DNA of 64,000 bases from assembly GCA_965215015.1 (NCBI GenBank), contig OZ244042.1:5376001-5440000 (forward strand), given 5' to 3'. Positions 1 through 10,850 of this stretch are shown piece by piece (the first letter of the stretch is position 1; each line of letters begins with the position of its first letter). Both the position numbers and the translations under genes were made by a program. The notes beneath the pieces were generated by a model that had not been told where the DNA came from, ran no database searches, and was given only the letters and a program-made list of their open reading frames with translations. Source of the DNA: Candidatus Poribacteria bacterium (GTDB lineage: Bacteria > Poribacteria > WGA-4E > PCPOR2b).

Positions 1-1302
1 GAGAAATTCCAACTTGACCGGGAGCCACATCTTATTGGGGAGGCAGCAGGGGCCGCGGGGGGCACGATGGTCGGGGGCAACGAGCCGCGGGACTGGTCCC
101 GCGCTTACTATCACCAGAACAGCGTCCGGTTCTGTCAGGGGGTGCTTGCTATTTGGGCACTGGCGGATGTGAAAGCGGGCGATGGTGGATTTGTGCTGGT
201 TCCAGCGAGCCACAAGAACTACGTTGAGACACCGAAGGGGGTGCTGACCGGCTCGGACGATATGGGACTGACCGTTCAACCGTCCCTTAAAGCGGGCGAC
301 TTGCTGCTTTGTGCAGAGGCCACGCTGCACAGCATGAGACCGTGGAAGGGGAAGGGACCACAGCGACTGCTCGCATCCGGGTACATCGGTGAGAATGCCC
401 GCTCGTCAATCAATCTTGATGCAGCACGTGAGGAGGATTCGTCCCCCGAGTGGATGGCGGAGTTGACCCCGGTGCAACGTGCGGTGATGCGGGGCCAGGA
501 TTCTTGTCGCGTTTCTCCTCCGTCTGTGGTGAAATCGGATGGGGAGACCTGTTGGACTGAGGAATCGCCCGAAGTTTATCATCCGTCAATCTATATCCGT
601 GATCCCGACTCCGCTATTGATGAGCAGGAATTCTACTTCTGGGATCTGTGCGGGCACCTTGTGATTCGGAATGTGATGGAGGCAGCATGGCTTGAAGCAG
701 CGAATGAGGCGATCGACAAATTTGCGGATCGGATTGTGGTGGGCGGAGCTCCTGACAAAGGCTCAAAGACGCTTGCGGGGACGGGGAGACCCGATTTGGG
801 AGGGCTATTTGAACTGCCGAAGCCATATTGCAATCCTTTTCGGGAGATGATTGCCCACCCGGCGGTGATACATCGACTCAACTGGATGGAAGGAAGCGGC
901 TTCCGGTGTGGCAACGCCACGGCAATCTGTTCGGTGAAGGGAACTGCCGGGCACGCTCTGCACAGTGGTGGCGAACCCGCGAGAGCTGGGAACAATTACC
1001 TTTTGCAGAATGGACGGACTTACTGTGATTCGGTGAACGTTGCTTGGCAGCTGCGCGATGTGACCGAAGCGGAGGGCGGATTCGTCTGTGTGCCGGGCAG
1101 CCACAAGGCGAGATATCCTACGCCGCCGGGTGTGCAATCTTGCGATGATCATATGGGGTTAGTCCGCCATGTGTCAATGAAGGCAGGGGATGTACTCATG
1201 TTTATGGGAGGCGCGCAAACGCACGGTGCCTATCCGTGGAAGAGCGACACCCATCGTCGCACCGTCCTGATTAATTATCTATCCAGAAATCTATTTTTGT
1301 GA
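1..1302 (+). CDS. Phytanoyl-CoA dioxygenase (PhyH) family protein with two tandem domains, probably 5'-partial
   Basis: Two 'GGF(V)xVP(A/G)SHK ... KAGD(L/V)L ... H' motifs; the frame is open from base 1. Confidence 0.85.
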   Translation, partial: EKFQLDREPHLIGEAAGAAGGTMVGGNEPRDWSRAYYHQNSVRFCQGVLAIWALADVKAGDGGFVLVPASHKNYVETPKGVLTGSDDMGLTVQPSLKAGDLLLCAEATLHSMRPWKGKGPQRLLASGYIGENARSSINLDAAREEDSSPEWMAELTPVQRAVMRGQDSCRVSPPSVVKSDGETCWTEESPEVYHPSIYIRDPDSAIDEQEFYFWDLCGHLVIRNVMEAAWLEAANEAIDKFADRIVVGGAPDKGSKTLAGTGRPDLGGLFELPKPYCNPFREMIAHPAVIHRLNWMEGSGFRCGNATAICSVKGTAGHALHSGGEPARAGNNYLLQNGRTYCDSVNVAWQLRDVTEAEGGFVCVPGSHKARYPTPPGVQSCDDHMGLVRHVSMKAGDVLMFMGGAQTHGAYPWKSDTHRRTVLINYLSRNLFL

Positions 1303-1434
1303 TTCGGTTTTTGAATTGTGGGAGATAGACAGTATAGATCGACGTGCACATGCGTACAAAGGGGCACCCAAGCCCCCCTCTATCCCCCCGCAAGCAGAGG
1401 GAGGGGCGCAAGTCTCGATTCCGGACCTTCCAAG

Positions 1435-2270
1435 GATTTGTTTTTCCCAATTAGGGTTGGGAGTTTAATGGCAGTTGCGTGTTAGCCAAGCCATATATGC
1501 CGTAGCGGTTGTGGGGTTTACGGCCCGGCGGATTGTGTCTCCTCCTTTTTTCAGTTTGTAGTAGCGCAATTTATTGCGCGTCACAACGGGTGATAAATCA
1601 CCCTACTACATACCTGATTTGTTTTTCCCAATTAGGGTTGGGAGTTTAATGGCAGTTGGGTATTAGCCAAGCCATATATGCCGTAGCGGTTGTGGGGTTT
1701 ACGGCCCGAGGGATTGTGCCTCCTCCTTTTTTCAGTTTGTAGTAGCGCAATTCATTGCGCGTCACAACGGGTGATAAATCACCCTACTACATACCTGAGG
1801 GAGGCTCATAATAATTATCTGAATCGCAGATGCAGCGGGGGACACAGATTGCACGGATACAGGTATTGGTCTCAGACAGTAAGTGAGGCGAGATGCCCCA
1901 CCGACAGGGGTCGGTAAGTTTAATGGCATTTGTGTGTTAGCCAAGCCATATGCCGTAGCAGTTGTGGGGTTTACGGCCCGGCGGATTGTGTCTCCTCCTT
2001 TTTTCAGTTTGTAGTAGCGCAATTTATTGCGCGTCACAACGGGTGATAAATCACCCTACTACATACCTGAGGGGTGCTCATAATAATTATCTGAATCGCA
2101 GATGCAGCGGGGGACACAGATTGCACGGATACAGATATGGGTGTCAGGTGAGAGATGAGGTGAGATGCCCCACCGACGGGGGTCGGTAAGTTTAATGGCA
2201 TTTGTGTGTTAGCCAAGCCATATATGCTGTAGCGGTTGTGGGGTTTACGGCACGGCGGAGTGTGCCTACT
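1435..2270. repeat. Mosaic tandem repeat array (about 181 and 272 bp units) containing GTAG/CTAC REP-like palindromes
   Basis: 'gtttaatggca...ttagccaagccata...gttgtggggtttacggc' occurs four times; 'gtagtagcgcaatt(t/c)attgcgcgtcacaacgggtgataaatcaccctactac' occurs three times. Confidence 0.9.
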
Positions 2271-2338
2271 ACTTTATGAGCACCCCTCATCTATGTTGGC
2301 GCGAAATTGCCGACTTGACTTTTGTAATTGGAGGAATT

Positions 2339-2971
2339 ATGAGTAGGATTAAAACAGCGGTGATCACTGGACAACACGCTTTTGATGTGCCGGGGTTTCA
2401 TGCGTTGTTCAGGAGTATTCCCGAAATTGATTTTTACTTACAGGATCTGGAGAACTTTGCGGCGGATGCCGGCAAAGTTCGGGAGCAGTATGAGGTCCTT
2501 GTGTTCTATAACTTTCATCGGCAGATGCCCGACGAAGGTAGAATCAAAGAAGCCATTGAGGGATTGGGTGAAAATGGGACGGGTATCTTGGTACTGCACC
2601 ACGCCATCCTTGCATTCCCGCAGTGGCAGTTATGGTCGGATTTGTGTGGTATTCAAGATCGCAGCTTCGGTGTCCAGATTGACCAAAACGTGCATGTTGA
2701 CATCGTGGATCCGCAGCACCCGACCACACGGGGATTGACTCCGTGGGAGATGGTGGATGAGATTTATATCATGGCGGATCCGGGGGAGGACAGTGAACTA
2801 TTGTTGACTACCGACCACCCCGATAGTATGAAAACGCTGGCGTGGGCTCGACAGTACAAAAATGCGCGTGTGTTCTGTTGTCAGTCAGGTCACGACGATC
2901 AGGTCTTTTCTGACCCCAATTTCCGCACGGTGATTTCGCAGGGCATTCAGTGGTTAGCAGGAAGGATTTAG
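2339..2971 (+). CDS. ThuA-like domain protein
   Basis: 'G(Q)HAFD', 'GILVLHHA', 'DEIY', 'AWARQY..ARVF...GHD' pattern; RBS ggagg before ATG 2339. Confidence 0.8.
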   Translation: MSRIKTAVITGQHAFDVPGFHALFRSIPEIDFYLQDLENFAADAGKVREQYEVLVFYNFHRQMPDEGRIKEAIEGLGENGTGILVLHHAILAFPQWQLWSDLCGIQDRSFGVQIDQNVHVDIVDPQHPTTRGLTPWEMVDEIYIMADPGEDSELLLTTDHPDSMKTLAWARQYKNARVFCCQSGHDDQVFSDPNFRTVISQGIQWLAGRI

Positions 2972-2984
2972 AGGGAGATGGTCA

Positions 2985-3935
2985 ATGCGTACGTTAAGCA
3001 TTCAAGGCTTGCCTGATAAGAGAAGACAGAAGGTCCTTGTCCACGATTGGCCCGAACCAGGGGGGCCAACCGGGAACGAAGTCAAAACCGAGACAATCTA
3101 TTCTGGGATAACAAACGGCACGGAACGCAATCAACTGATTGGCGGAAACTACGCTCCCAAGGACGAACAACTGCCCACCGGCGGCAACGGCTACCAAAAT
3201 GTGGGACGAGTGATTGAGATAGGGCCTGAGGTCAGCGAGCTACAGGTCGGAGATGTGCTGTATATGAGTGCTGTCCATGCGGAGTACGTCGTGATGGCAG
3301 AGGACGACTTGCTCATCAAGCTACCCGATTCGGTTGACCGCACGGAGGCTGCGCTTTTCGGGATGACCAGTGTTGCCATGCGTACCTGTCGCAACACCGA
3401 GTTGAAGATGGGAGAACGGGTGCTAATTGTGGGTGCTGGTATTATCGGCCAGGTCGCTGTACAAATTGCTGCTGTTATGGGTGCCCGTACCACACTTTGC
3501 GACATCAACCCCAACCGTCTAGAGATTGCTAGGGAGATTGGTGCGGCTGAAACCGTTCTGGATGTTTCAGGCGATGGCTGGGAAAAAGGGGTCGCTGACG
3601 GGACGTTCGACGCGGTGATTGACTTTGCCGGCGTGCCGGGTATGGAGGATCAATTCATCAGTGCGGTGCGTCAGCGCGGCCGGGTCATATTCATCGGTGG
3701 ACGGGGCAAAGTGACCTATACCTTTAACCTCGGTCAGGGCCGCGAGATTCAGCTGAAACAGAACAGCCATTTTGATCGCGATGACCTGCAGAATCTGTGT
3801 CGTCTGGTCGATCGGGGGTTGGTGAAGATTACCCCCTTAATCCGCGATGTCGTCCCGGTGAGTGAAGCCAAGCGTATCTATGACACACTGCGGGATAGCC
3901 CCAATGAATTGTTGGGGACGGTGTTTGTATGGTAG
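2985..3935 (+). CDS. Zinc-binding (MDR) alcohol dehydrogenase family protein
   Basis: GroES-like N-terminus 'SGITNGTE...GYQNVGRV' and Rossmann motif 'VGAGIIG'. Confidence 0.8.
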   Translation: MRTLSIQGLPDKRRQKVLVHDWPEPGGPTGNEVKTETIYSGITNGTERNQLIGGNYAPKDEQLPTGGNGYQNVGRVIEIGPEVSELQVGDVLYMSAVHAEYVVMAEDDLLIKLPDSVDRTEAALFGMTSVAMRTCRNTELKMGERVLIVGAGIIGQVAVQIAAVMGARTTLCDINPNRLEIAREIGAAETVLDVSGDGWEKGVADGTFDAVIDFAGVPGMEDQFISAVRQRGRVIFIGGRGKVTYTFNLGQGREIQLKQNSHFDRDDLQNLCRLVDRGLVKITPLIRDVVPVSEAKRIYDTLRDSPNELLGTVFVW

Positions 3936-4246
3936 GCTAGCGCAAGTTGCTAGATCGCCCATAGCTTTGGAAGTCGGCCAAGATGCCCGACCTACAGATA
4001 TAGCGATTTGACTTTTATCGCGCCTCGTGTAACTAAGTTCTGTTGGCATTTGACAAATTGAACCCCTCTCCATTCCGAGGGGCTCAATCTGATGGACTTG
4101 AGGCGATTTTGGATTCTGTAGGGGCACCCCTTGGGGTTGCCCTACTGTCGGTTGATTTTCCAAAATCGAAAATATCGAGAACATTGGGCTATAAGTGTTT
4201 TATCGAGATCTGAATCTCGACCGACTTACAGCATTTGTGGAATTGG

Positions 4247-5368
4247 CTACAGCAAACGCCGAAAGTCGCGGATCTGATGGAACGTAATCCGATTGGCATC
4301 GTGGAAGTTATGTGCACCGTCATAGGCGGTGCGAACGATGTAGATAATGTCGGTGCCATCGAACTGCCAATCCACATACTGGAAACCGGTTAACTGAACG
4401 GATTGCTCATAGGGCAAGCCCTGATCGTCTTCTAACAGTGTGAGGTTGTGCCCCCAACGGAGGAGGTCTTCGGAGGTGTGCAACGACAACACGGTGCGCC
4501 GAGAGGGTTGGTTTGGGTTGGGATTGTTGTTGCTCAGGGTTAGGTAACGCCCGGTCTCTGGGTCAAAACGGATGGTGAACTTCGTCATGCCGCCGGGAAA
4601 ATCGATGAATCCCGTTTCTGGATCGAACGTGATAGTCTTACCGTTGTCCCGAACTTTAACGATTGCAGCCTTGTCCCACAGCGGGAGCGAATTGAAGCGG
4701 AGGATATTCCAGATCTCTCCGTCCTTTGTTTCTACTGTATTTCCTTCTAGCCAGCCCGGACGCTCCAATTTTCCCCACGTTTCTGGAACCCATGCCGGAT
4801 CGAAGGGGAGTTTGTTGCTCATTGTCCAGTTTGCAGCATCTAGAAGATTTGCACCTGCGTCGCCGGAGATTACGAGGGATTGGAAGCCGCTGCCCCAGAC
4901 ACATGGATCGCAGTCCTCGAATGCCCGATACACCCTGCCGTCTTTCAGAAGGATTGGCACCGGGGCGCAATGATAATTGGGCGGTGCGCGGAAAGGGCCG
5001 CCCTGAAACAGCAATCCTGATTTCTCGTCTTTAGGATGGGTCCAGGTGTATCCGCCATCGCAGCTGCGGCGGATTAGAATTGAGCCGTATTCCTGTGATG
5101 TACCGAACAGATAAACGTCGCCGTTGTGGATAAATAGTGAGCTCCAGAACGCATTAGCGATATGGGTGATGTTGGTCCAACTCTCTCCGTTGTCGCTTGA
5201 ACGGTAGACGCTGGTCAGATGTTGTGCGTTTTCGTGGTTTAGGGGGCAGCCTTTCCCAAAATAGTCGTGCGTTGCGAGCAGCGTCCCATCAGCAAGTCGG
5301 ACGATGCTCGGACTGCCGAGGTAGGTTCTCGTTCTTGCGTCCTGAAACTTGATTTCGTTAAAGTCCAT
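4247..5368 (-). CDS. Sialidase / BNR-repeat protein
   Basis: Asp-box motifs 'SSDNGESW' and 'SCDGGYTW'; likely start MDFNE. Confidence 0.75.
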   Translation of the reverse strand: MDFNEIKFQDARTRTYLGSPSIVRLADGTLLATHDYFGKGCPLNHENAQHLTSVYRSSDNGESWTNITHIANAFWSSLFIHNGDVYLFGTSQEYGSILIRRSCDGGYTWTHPKDEKSGLLFQGGPFRAPPNYHCAPVPILLKDGRVYRAFEDCDPCVWGSGFQSLVISGDAGANLLDAANWTMSNKLPFDPAWVPETWGKLERPGWLEGNTVETKDGEIWNILRFNSLPLWDKAAIVKVRDNGKTITFDPETGFIDFPGGMTKFTIRFDPETGRYLTLSNNNPNPNQPSRRTVLSLHTSEDLLRWGHNLTLLEDDQGLPYEQSVQLTGFQYVDWQFDGTDIIYIVRTAYDGAHNFHDANRITFHQIRDFRRLL

Positions 5369-5557
5369 AGATTTCCTTTCACTTAGGGATGGGCTAGCCT
5401 CTGGCTTGGCTTGAAAGTGCAATTTACAGGACACCTCAATTTCCGACAGGTAGCAACTCCAGGTTACAGTAAGATGAGGTTTGGGCGCCTGTGTTTGTTG
5501 AGGCTTTGTTTTATTCTATCAAAGTTGGGAGATTGGTGCAACGAAAAGGAGTTGGAA

Positions 5558-6412
5558 ATGCGGATTTTGGTCACCGGTGCGAGTGGCCGCATTGGCCGTT
5601 ATGTTGTAAAGGAATTGATAAATGCGGGGCATAGTGTCACTGGTGTTGACGTATTAGCGTCTGAAGGGAGGATGCCTCGTTTCCTGCGTGTTGATCTGAC
5701 CGATGCCGGTGAGGTGTATCAAGCGTTAGCGGCTGTAGGAGTGGAGGTGGTTGTCCACTTGGGTGCGTGGGCAAATGCGGGTGTTGTCCCCGATACTCGC
5801 ACTTACGGCGATAACGTTCAAGGGGCTTTTAATCTATTTCAGGCATGTGCAGACTTAGGAGTTCAACGGGTGGTCTCAGCGTCTAGCGCACAGGTCTATG
5901 GATTTGCCGAAGCACCGCCTGTCTATGTGCCGGTTGATGAAGTCCATCCGTTACGCCCTGCCAACTGTTATGCACTATCAAAGGTGGTGGGCGAACAGAC
6001 CGCAGATTACTTCGTCAAGCGTTTTGGGATGACGATTCTTTCGTTCCGGTTTATGGGGATTCGGACACCAGTACAATTAGATGCAGAAATTGATGGGTTG
6101 GTACAGGATCCAAGCAAGGGAGCTTCGCTGTTATGGACACGAACGGACGCTCGCGATGCTGCAATTGCGTGTCGGTTGGCGGTCGAGGCAGAATGTGTAT
6201 CTTCGGGTCCTTACAATATCACGGGGGCGCGGGTTGTGTTGTCAGAGCCGACTGCGACGTTAGTGGAACGTTATTTTAGAGACACGACGGAGGTTCGAGA
6301 TGCTTTGCCGGGTCATATTTCCCCTGTAAGTTGTGCGAAGGCAGAAGCCACTTTCGGCTATCAACCACAATTTGTGTGGTCTATGTCGAAAAGGCACCCG
6401 GAATCAGATTAA
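5558..6412 (+). CDS. NAD-dependent epimerase/dehydratase
   Basis: 'ILVTGASGRIG' and 'YALSK' (YxxxK) motifs. Confidence 0.85.
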   Translation: MRILVTGASGRIGRYVVKELINAGHSVTGVDVLASEGRMPRFLRVDLTDAGEVYQALAAVGVEVVVHLGAWANAGVVPDTRTYGDNVQGAFNLFQACADLGVQRVVSASSAQVYGFAEAPPVYVPVDEVHPLRPANCYALSKVVGEQTADYFVKRFGMTILSFRFMGIRTPVQLDAEIDGLVQDPSKGASLLWTRTDARDAAIACRLAVEAECVSSGPYNITGARVVLSEPTATLVERYFRDTTEVRDALPGHISPVSCAKAEATFGYQPQFVWSMSKRHPESD

Positions 6413-6656
6413 AATAATTGGGTACACGTTAAAAGAAAGTGCAGAGTGGCTTGGAGCAACTGAGTTTTTTCGGAAAAATTCGGGTTCTTTGCACGATTTT
6501 TTACACGAGCGAACAGTTGAAGACGTCATATATTATCTCGTTGAGGTAATCGGTCGGTCAAGATGCCCGCCCGACGGAGGTGGGGATGTCCCGTCCCGAT
6601 GCTGCGATCGGGATTCAAAGCAACGTGCCTACTACCTTATCCCGATGGAGGGAACT

Positions 6657-7415
6657 GTGCTTATCCATAATTCCAAAGGTCATTACCATTTTCTCAAAGG
6701 CATCGATCCGTATTCCTGCGGCGTCATCGCTGATCCCGGTTACGAAATCGTCAATGTTACGCTGAAACATCCTATCCCATGGCGTGAAGGATTTACGCAT
6801 ATTGATACGTATTTGAAAGCACGAGGGCAAGGACGGACAACCTTATGTGCGATTCAACTCCGAAGTCCAGCACCTTTCACCATGGAGGGGTTCATTGACT
6901 TTAATCGTGGGTACTGCGAAGTTTTGCAGGAATGGGGGCTTTATGTGGATGAGCTCAATCCGTTGGCACGCACAAATGTGGCACCGTTGGTAGATCCACC
7001 GGAAGTGCCGATGCTCTACGGCTTTTCTCATGTGCTGCCTTGTGATAATGCAGTAGAACCAACCTTCATCATTGCAGGTGCCGGTGAGCTTTTGGAAGCT
7101 GCCTTGAACGCTGAAGGCATCGTTCGACGGGGAGAAACCGATAGGGAAGCCGTACGCGAGAAGGCGACTTATGTCGTCGAAGTGATGGAGAACCGTCTCT
7201 TGGGGCTGGGCGGTGTTTGGGATGCGGTGAATCGGATTAACATCTACACTGTGCATCCGATCAGTGGCCTCGTTGAAGAGATTGTACTGCCGAAGCTAGT
7301 CGCAGGTAAGGGGCACGGCATCCATTGGTATCCGTCACGTCCGCCGATTGTGGATATAGAATACGAGATGGATATGCGGGGTGTGGTGCGAGAGTTGTAC
7401 GTCGATTTCAGCTAA
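6657..7415 (+). CDS. RidA-like protein resembling 2-amino-5-chloromuconate deaminase (CnbZ-like)
   Basis: 'PYSCGV', 'LRSPAPFT..GF..FN..Y', 'NPLARTNVAP', 'SRPPIVDIEYEMDMRGV'; GTG start after ggaggg. Confidence 0.65.
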   Translation: MLIHNSKGHYHFLKGIDPYSCGVIADPGYEIVNVTLKHPIPWREGFTHIDTYLKARGQGRTTLCAIQLRSPAPFTMEGFIDFNRGYCEVLQEWGLYVDELNPLARTNVAPLVDPPEVPMLYGFSHVLPCDNAVEPTFIIAGAGELLEAALNAEGIVRRGETDREAVREKATYVVEVMENRLLGLGGVWDAVNRINIYTVHPISGLVEEIVLPKLVAGKGHGIHWYPSRPPIVDIEYEMDMRGVVRELYVDFS

Positions 7416-7537
7416 TACCTTTAATACCTTGAGCCTTCGATTACCGCGCTGCTGTCAACGGTAGTTGATGTGTGAGTGGGTGGGGGGGATGCGTGATGAT
7501 TTTTTGATTTTCTCACCACGCATCATAAGTCTATTTT

Positions 7538-7768
7538 TTAACCGCCATCGATGGCAGAGACAATCTGTCCTGTGGTTGGGTACTCTCCTGTTTCCAATTT
7601 AGAGTAAATCAGTTCTCCGTTCAGGGAGACTTCAAAGCATCCACCACCACTGGGAACAAGTGTGAGTCCTTTAACGTCTGTTTTGTATTTGGTCAACAAA
7701 TCGTCCGTCAAACTGACGGCTCTGGGCAGGTAGTTTCAAGCAGAGCAGTATTCAACTCGTAGTTCCAT
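7538..7768 (-). CDS. SelT/SelW/SelH (Rdx) family selenoprotein with in-frame UGA read as Sec
   Basis: Translates as MELRVEYCSA(U)NYLPRAVSLTDDLL...LVPSGGGCFEVSLNGELIYSKLETGEYP; RBS ggagg; TGA at 7736-7738. Confidence 0.9.
7705..7719 (-). promoter_or_regulatory. Putative bacterial SECIS hairpin
   Basis: CCGTCA-GTT-TGACGG stem-loop beginning 16 nt after the in-frame UGA, with G first in the loop. Confidence 0.7.
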
Positions 7769-8000
7769 TGTTAGTCCTCCTAAAGTATCAGAATTTCCCA
7801 GAGATCCGATTCGGGTTGATATTCATCCCTCCGGGCGGGTGATTTGATTGCTTGATAGCACGGATTGGATTTGTATCCATGTGAATCAACATCGGATCCC
7901 TTACATTTTACAAGAGAAGCTATGGACTCTGCAAGTATTTTTTTTGAATTATAGAGGAGATATACTTAAAAAGCGGAAGTAAAGAAGGAGTTGAAAATCG

Positions 8001-8864
8001 GTGAGGTTTGGCGTTGTGACCCACGCTGTGGGACATCATATGTCGTTTGAAAAAACTTTATCGGCGATCAAGGAACTCGGTTTTGATTTCATCTTGTTGC
8101 TTACGAGTCTAGGGGCAGAACCTGTCGGTGCAGAAGGCAGGAGTGAAAGTCCATTCCCCAACGTCCTTGGTTCTGATCCAGAGCATGTCCGCAAGGCGAT
8201 ACGTAACGCCGGACTGGAAATCGGTGCGCTCCATTTTTCCGGTGACATCGATATCGACAGCGATGCGGGGATCGAACCGACAATTGCGGCGTTAACAGAA
8301 TATGCGGCTTACGCATTGGCGTTGGGATGTAAATGCTTAACGCACCCTGTTCCCAGCTGTGGCACGTCTAAGGTGCCTACGGCGGAAAAAGCGACGAAAA
8401 TCAAACGGCTTGCTACCTGCATGAACACGGTGGCAGAGACCTTTGTGGATCAGGGGCTCCAAATTGGGGTTGATATTCACCATACCGCGTGGGTGGAGGG
8501 TTTGGATGATTGCCGCTTATTGCTTGATTCCATGCCCCGCGAGAATGCCGGCATTATTCTCAATATCGGGCATATGACGAGTGCCGAGGGGTACGGGTGG
8601 TTACTTGTTGATGAATATCCCAATCGGATACCGGTTGTGGGCTGGAAGGACCATAGTCTGGCAAAAGATCGTCCGCACCCCATGTGGTCGATTGAGTTAG
8701 GGACCGGACACAGTCCATTTGAGCTGTACATCAAGGCATTCAAACGGAACCCAGCAGCCCGTGTCCATCTGATAAACTGTGAAAATGTTCCAGACGAGGA
8801 GCGACTCGCTATCCTGAAAAGGAGCCGCGAATATCTGACGACGCTTTGGGAGGCAGTTGGATAA
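8001..8864 (+). CDS. Sugar phosphate isomerase/epimerase (xylose isomerase-like TIM barrel)
   Basis: Metal-ligand-like pattern 'DIHH', 'NIGH', 'KD', 'ELGTG', 'CEN'. Confidence 0.65.
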   Translation: MRFGVVTHAVGHHMSFEKTLSAIKELGFDFILLLTSLGAEPVGAEGRSESPFPNVLGSDPEHVRKAIRNAGLEIGALHFSGDIDIDSDAGIEPTIAALTEYAAYALALGCKCLTHPVPSCGTSKVPTAEKATKIKRLATCMNTVAETFVDQGLQIGVDIHHTAWVEGLDDCRLLLDSMPRENAGIILNIGHMTSAEGYGWLLVDEYPNRIPVVGWKDHSLAKDRPHPMWSIELGTGHSPFELYIKAFKRNPAARVHLINCENVPDEERLAILKRSREYLTTLWEAVG

Positions 8865-8882
8865 AGGAGAAAGGGAATTTCA

Positions 8883-9869
8883 ATGTTCAAGGTTGCGATT
8901 CTTGGGTATCGTGCACAGGGGGCGAATCACCATGCGCCATCGTTTGCCAAATTAACCGATTGTCAGATTGTTGCTGTGTGCGACCTCGTTGAGAAACGGG
9001 CGAGGGCGGGCGCAGCCCGGTACGGCGTACCAGCCTATACCAATGTGGACGAGATGCTCGACGCGGAAGAGATTGACATCGTGGATATCCCTGTTGGTGA
9101 GAGCTATCGTTATGCGCTTGTCATGAAATGTCTGAAGCGGGGGTTACATGTGTTCACTGAAAAGCCTTTAGCGGGAGCGGAGGGTCAGTACAAAATTCAA
9201 CTCTCCGATGTACCGATCGCCCAAGAGATGATTGACGAATGGAGACGGCATGACGTACAATTTGGTATCTGTTTCTGTCTTCACGCCTCACGCAATGTAA
9301 AGCGGGTGAAGCAGGTGATTCAAAGTGGTCAACTGGGGCAGCTTCGGCAGATTCAAGCCCGCACCGCTCTGGGGTCTTGGAATCACATCATTGATATGGT
9401 TCGTTTTCTGAGTGGGGAGATTGAGGAGGTATTTGCCTTTGCGGCCGACGCGGAGATGGGAAACAAGGCGGCATGTTTGAAGTTCGAGAATGGTGCTGTG
9501 GGGACATTGGCGGTATCGCAGGACTTGGGGTTGCAGTTTCAAATCAAGTGGATCGGCGAGTTAGGAGAAGCGACCATTGACAACATCGCCGGCGATGCTT
9601 CTTGGCATCTGCACGGTTCGTTTGATGTGAACCATTGGAGCGATGCACGACAGTTGGGTGGAGGCACATATGTCACCCAATTCGAGGATTTAATCGCCGA
9701 ATTTGTCGCCTCTATTAAGGAAGGGAGACCTTTCGTTGCGAACGGTTGGGCAGGGTTGAGGCACATGGAGATTGATGCAGCAATCACGGAATCTATCAGG
9801 TCTGGCAAGCCCATTCCTGTTCACCGATATATGCCGGATAAAGGGCACACAATTTTAACTTTGACTTAG
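8883..9869 (+). CDS. Gfo/Idh/MocA oxidoreductase
   Basis: N-terminal Rossmann fold, 'HVFTEKPL', 'HIIDMVRF'. Confidence 0.85.
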   Translation: MFKVAILGYRAQGANHHAPSFAKLTDCQIVAVCDLVEKRARAGAARYGVPAYTNVDEMLDAEEIDIVDIPVGESYRYALVMKCLKRGLHVFTEKPLAGAEGQYKIQLSDVPIAQEMIDEWRRHDVQFGICFCLHASRNVKRVKQVIQSGQLGQLRQIQARTALGSWNHIIDMVRFLSGEIEEVFAFAADAEMGNKAACLKFENGAVGTLAVSQDLGLQFQIKWIGELGEATIDNIAGDASWHLHGSFDVNHWSDARQLGGGTYVTQFEDLIAEFVASIKEGRPFVANGWAGLRHMEIDAAITESIRSGKPIPVHRYMPDKGHTILTLT

Positions 9870-9893
9870 ATGACTTCTTGAGGAGAGAAATTG

Positions 9894-10850
9894 ATGGAAT
9901 ATCGCAACTTTGGTATAGCGGGCGTTAAGGTATCGCCCATCTGTCTGGGGGTTGCCTTTCGTGGACGCCCCGATAAAGCAATCCAACGGGCAGTAATCGA
10001 ACGCGCCATCGAGCAGGGTGTCAATTTTATTGACTGTGCGAACACCTATCAGCGCGGAGACTCGGAACGCCTCCTTGGCCAAACTATCAAGGGGCGACGA
10101 GATCAGTTCGTTCTTACCACCAAAGTATGCGAGCCTATCGACCAGGGACCAAATGACCGGGGACTATCACATTTTCATATCATGCGCGAAATCGAAAAAA
10201 GTCTGTCGCGCCTTCAAACAGATTACATCGATATCTACCTGCTCCATCATGTGGACCCGACGACACCGATAGAGGAAACATTGCAAGCGTTGGATAATCT
10301 TGTGCGGCAGGGTAAGGTGCGGTATGTCGGCTGCGCCAACTTTACTGCATGGCAGGTGTGTAAAGGATTGTGGATCAGTGACCGTCGTAACCTGGTTCCC
10401 TTTGTCTGTGTGCAGAACCATTATAACTTGCTTGATCGCTCTCCTGAACGGGAGATTATGCCTTTCTGCCGCGCGGAAGGGTTGGGGATGATGACGTACA
10501 GCCCACTGGCTATCGGCTTACTGACGGGACGATTTCGGCACGGTGTATCACCTCCGCCCGATACACCGTGGGGACAGGGACGACTGGGATTTGAGAAAAT
10601 CATGTCGCCTGATGCTGACCGGGTGGTGGAAACGCTCATCCGCATTGGGAGAGCGCGAGGGAGGACGCCCGCTCAGGTCGCCATCGCGTGGGTGCTATCA
10701 CACCCTGAAATTTCCGCAGCGATGATTGGCCCCGACAGCCCGGAGCAGGTAGAGGAAAATCTGGGGGGTGTCGGTTGGGAATTGGCCGACGATGAGCGCG
10801 CAGCGTTAGATGAAGCGTCGGTGTGGGCACTTGCCGGTGGAAATGTATGA
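9894..10850 (+). CDS. Aldo/keto reductase
   Basis: 'VSPICLG', 'DCANTY', 'SLSRLQTDYIDIYLLH', 'YSPLA'. Confidence 0.9.
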   Translation: MEYRNFGIAGVKVSPICLGVAFRGRPDKAIQRAVIERAIEQGVNFIDCANTYQRGDSERLLGQTIKGRRDQFVLTTKVCEPIDQGPNDRGLSHFHIMREIEKSLSRLQTDYIDIYLLHHVDPTTPIEETLQALDNLVRQGKVRYVGCANFTAWQVCKGLWISDRRNLVPFVCVQNHYNLLDRSPEREIMPFCRAEGLGMMTYSPLAIGLLTGRFRHGVSPPPDTPWGQGRLGFEKIMSPDADRVVETLIRIGRARGRTPAQVAIAWVLSHPEISAAMIGPDSPEQVEENLGGVGWELADDERAALDEASVWALAGGNV

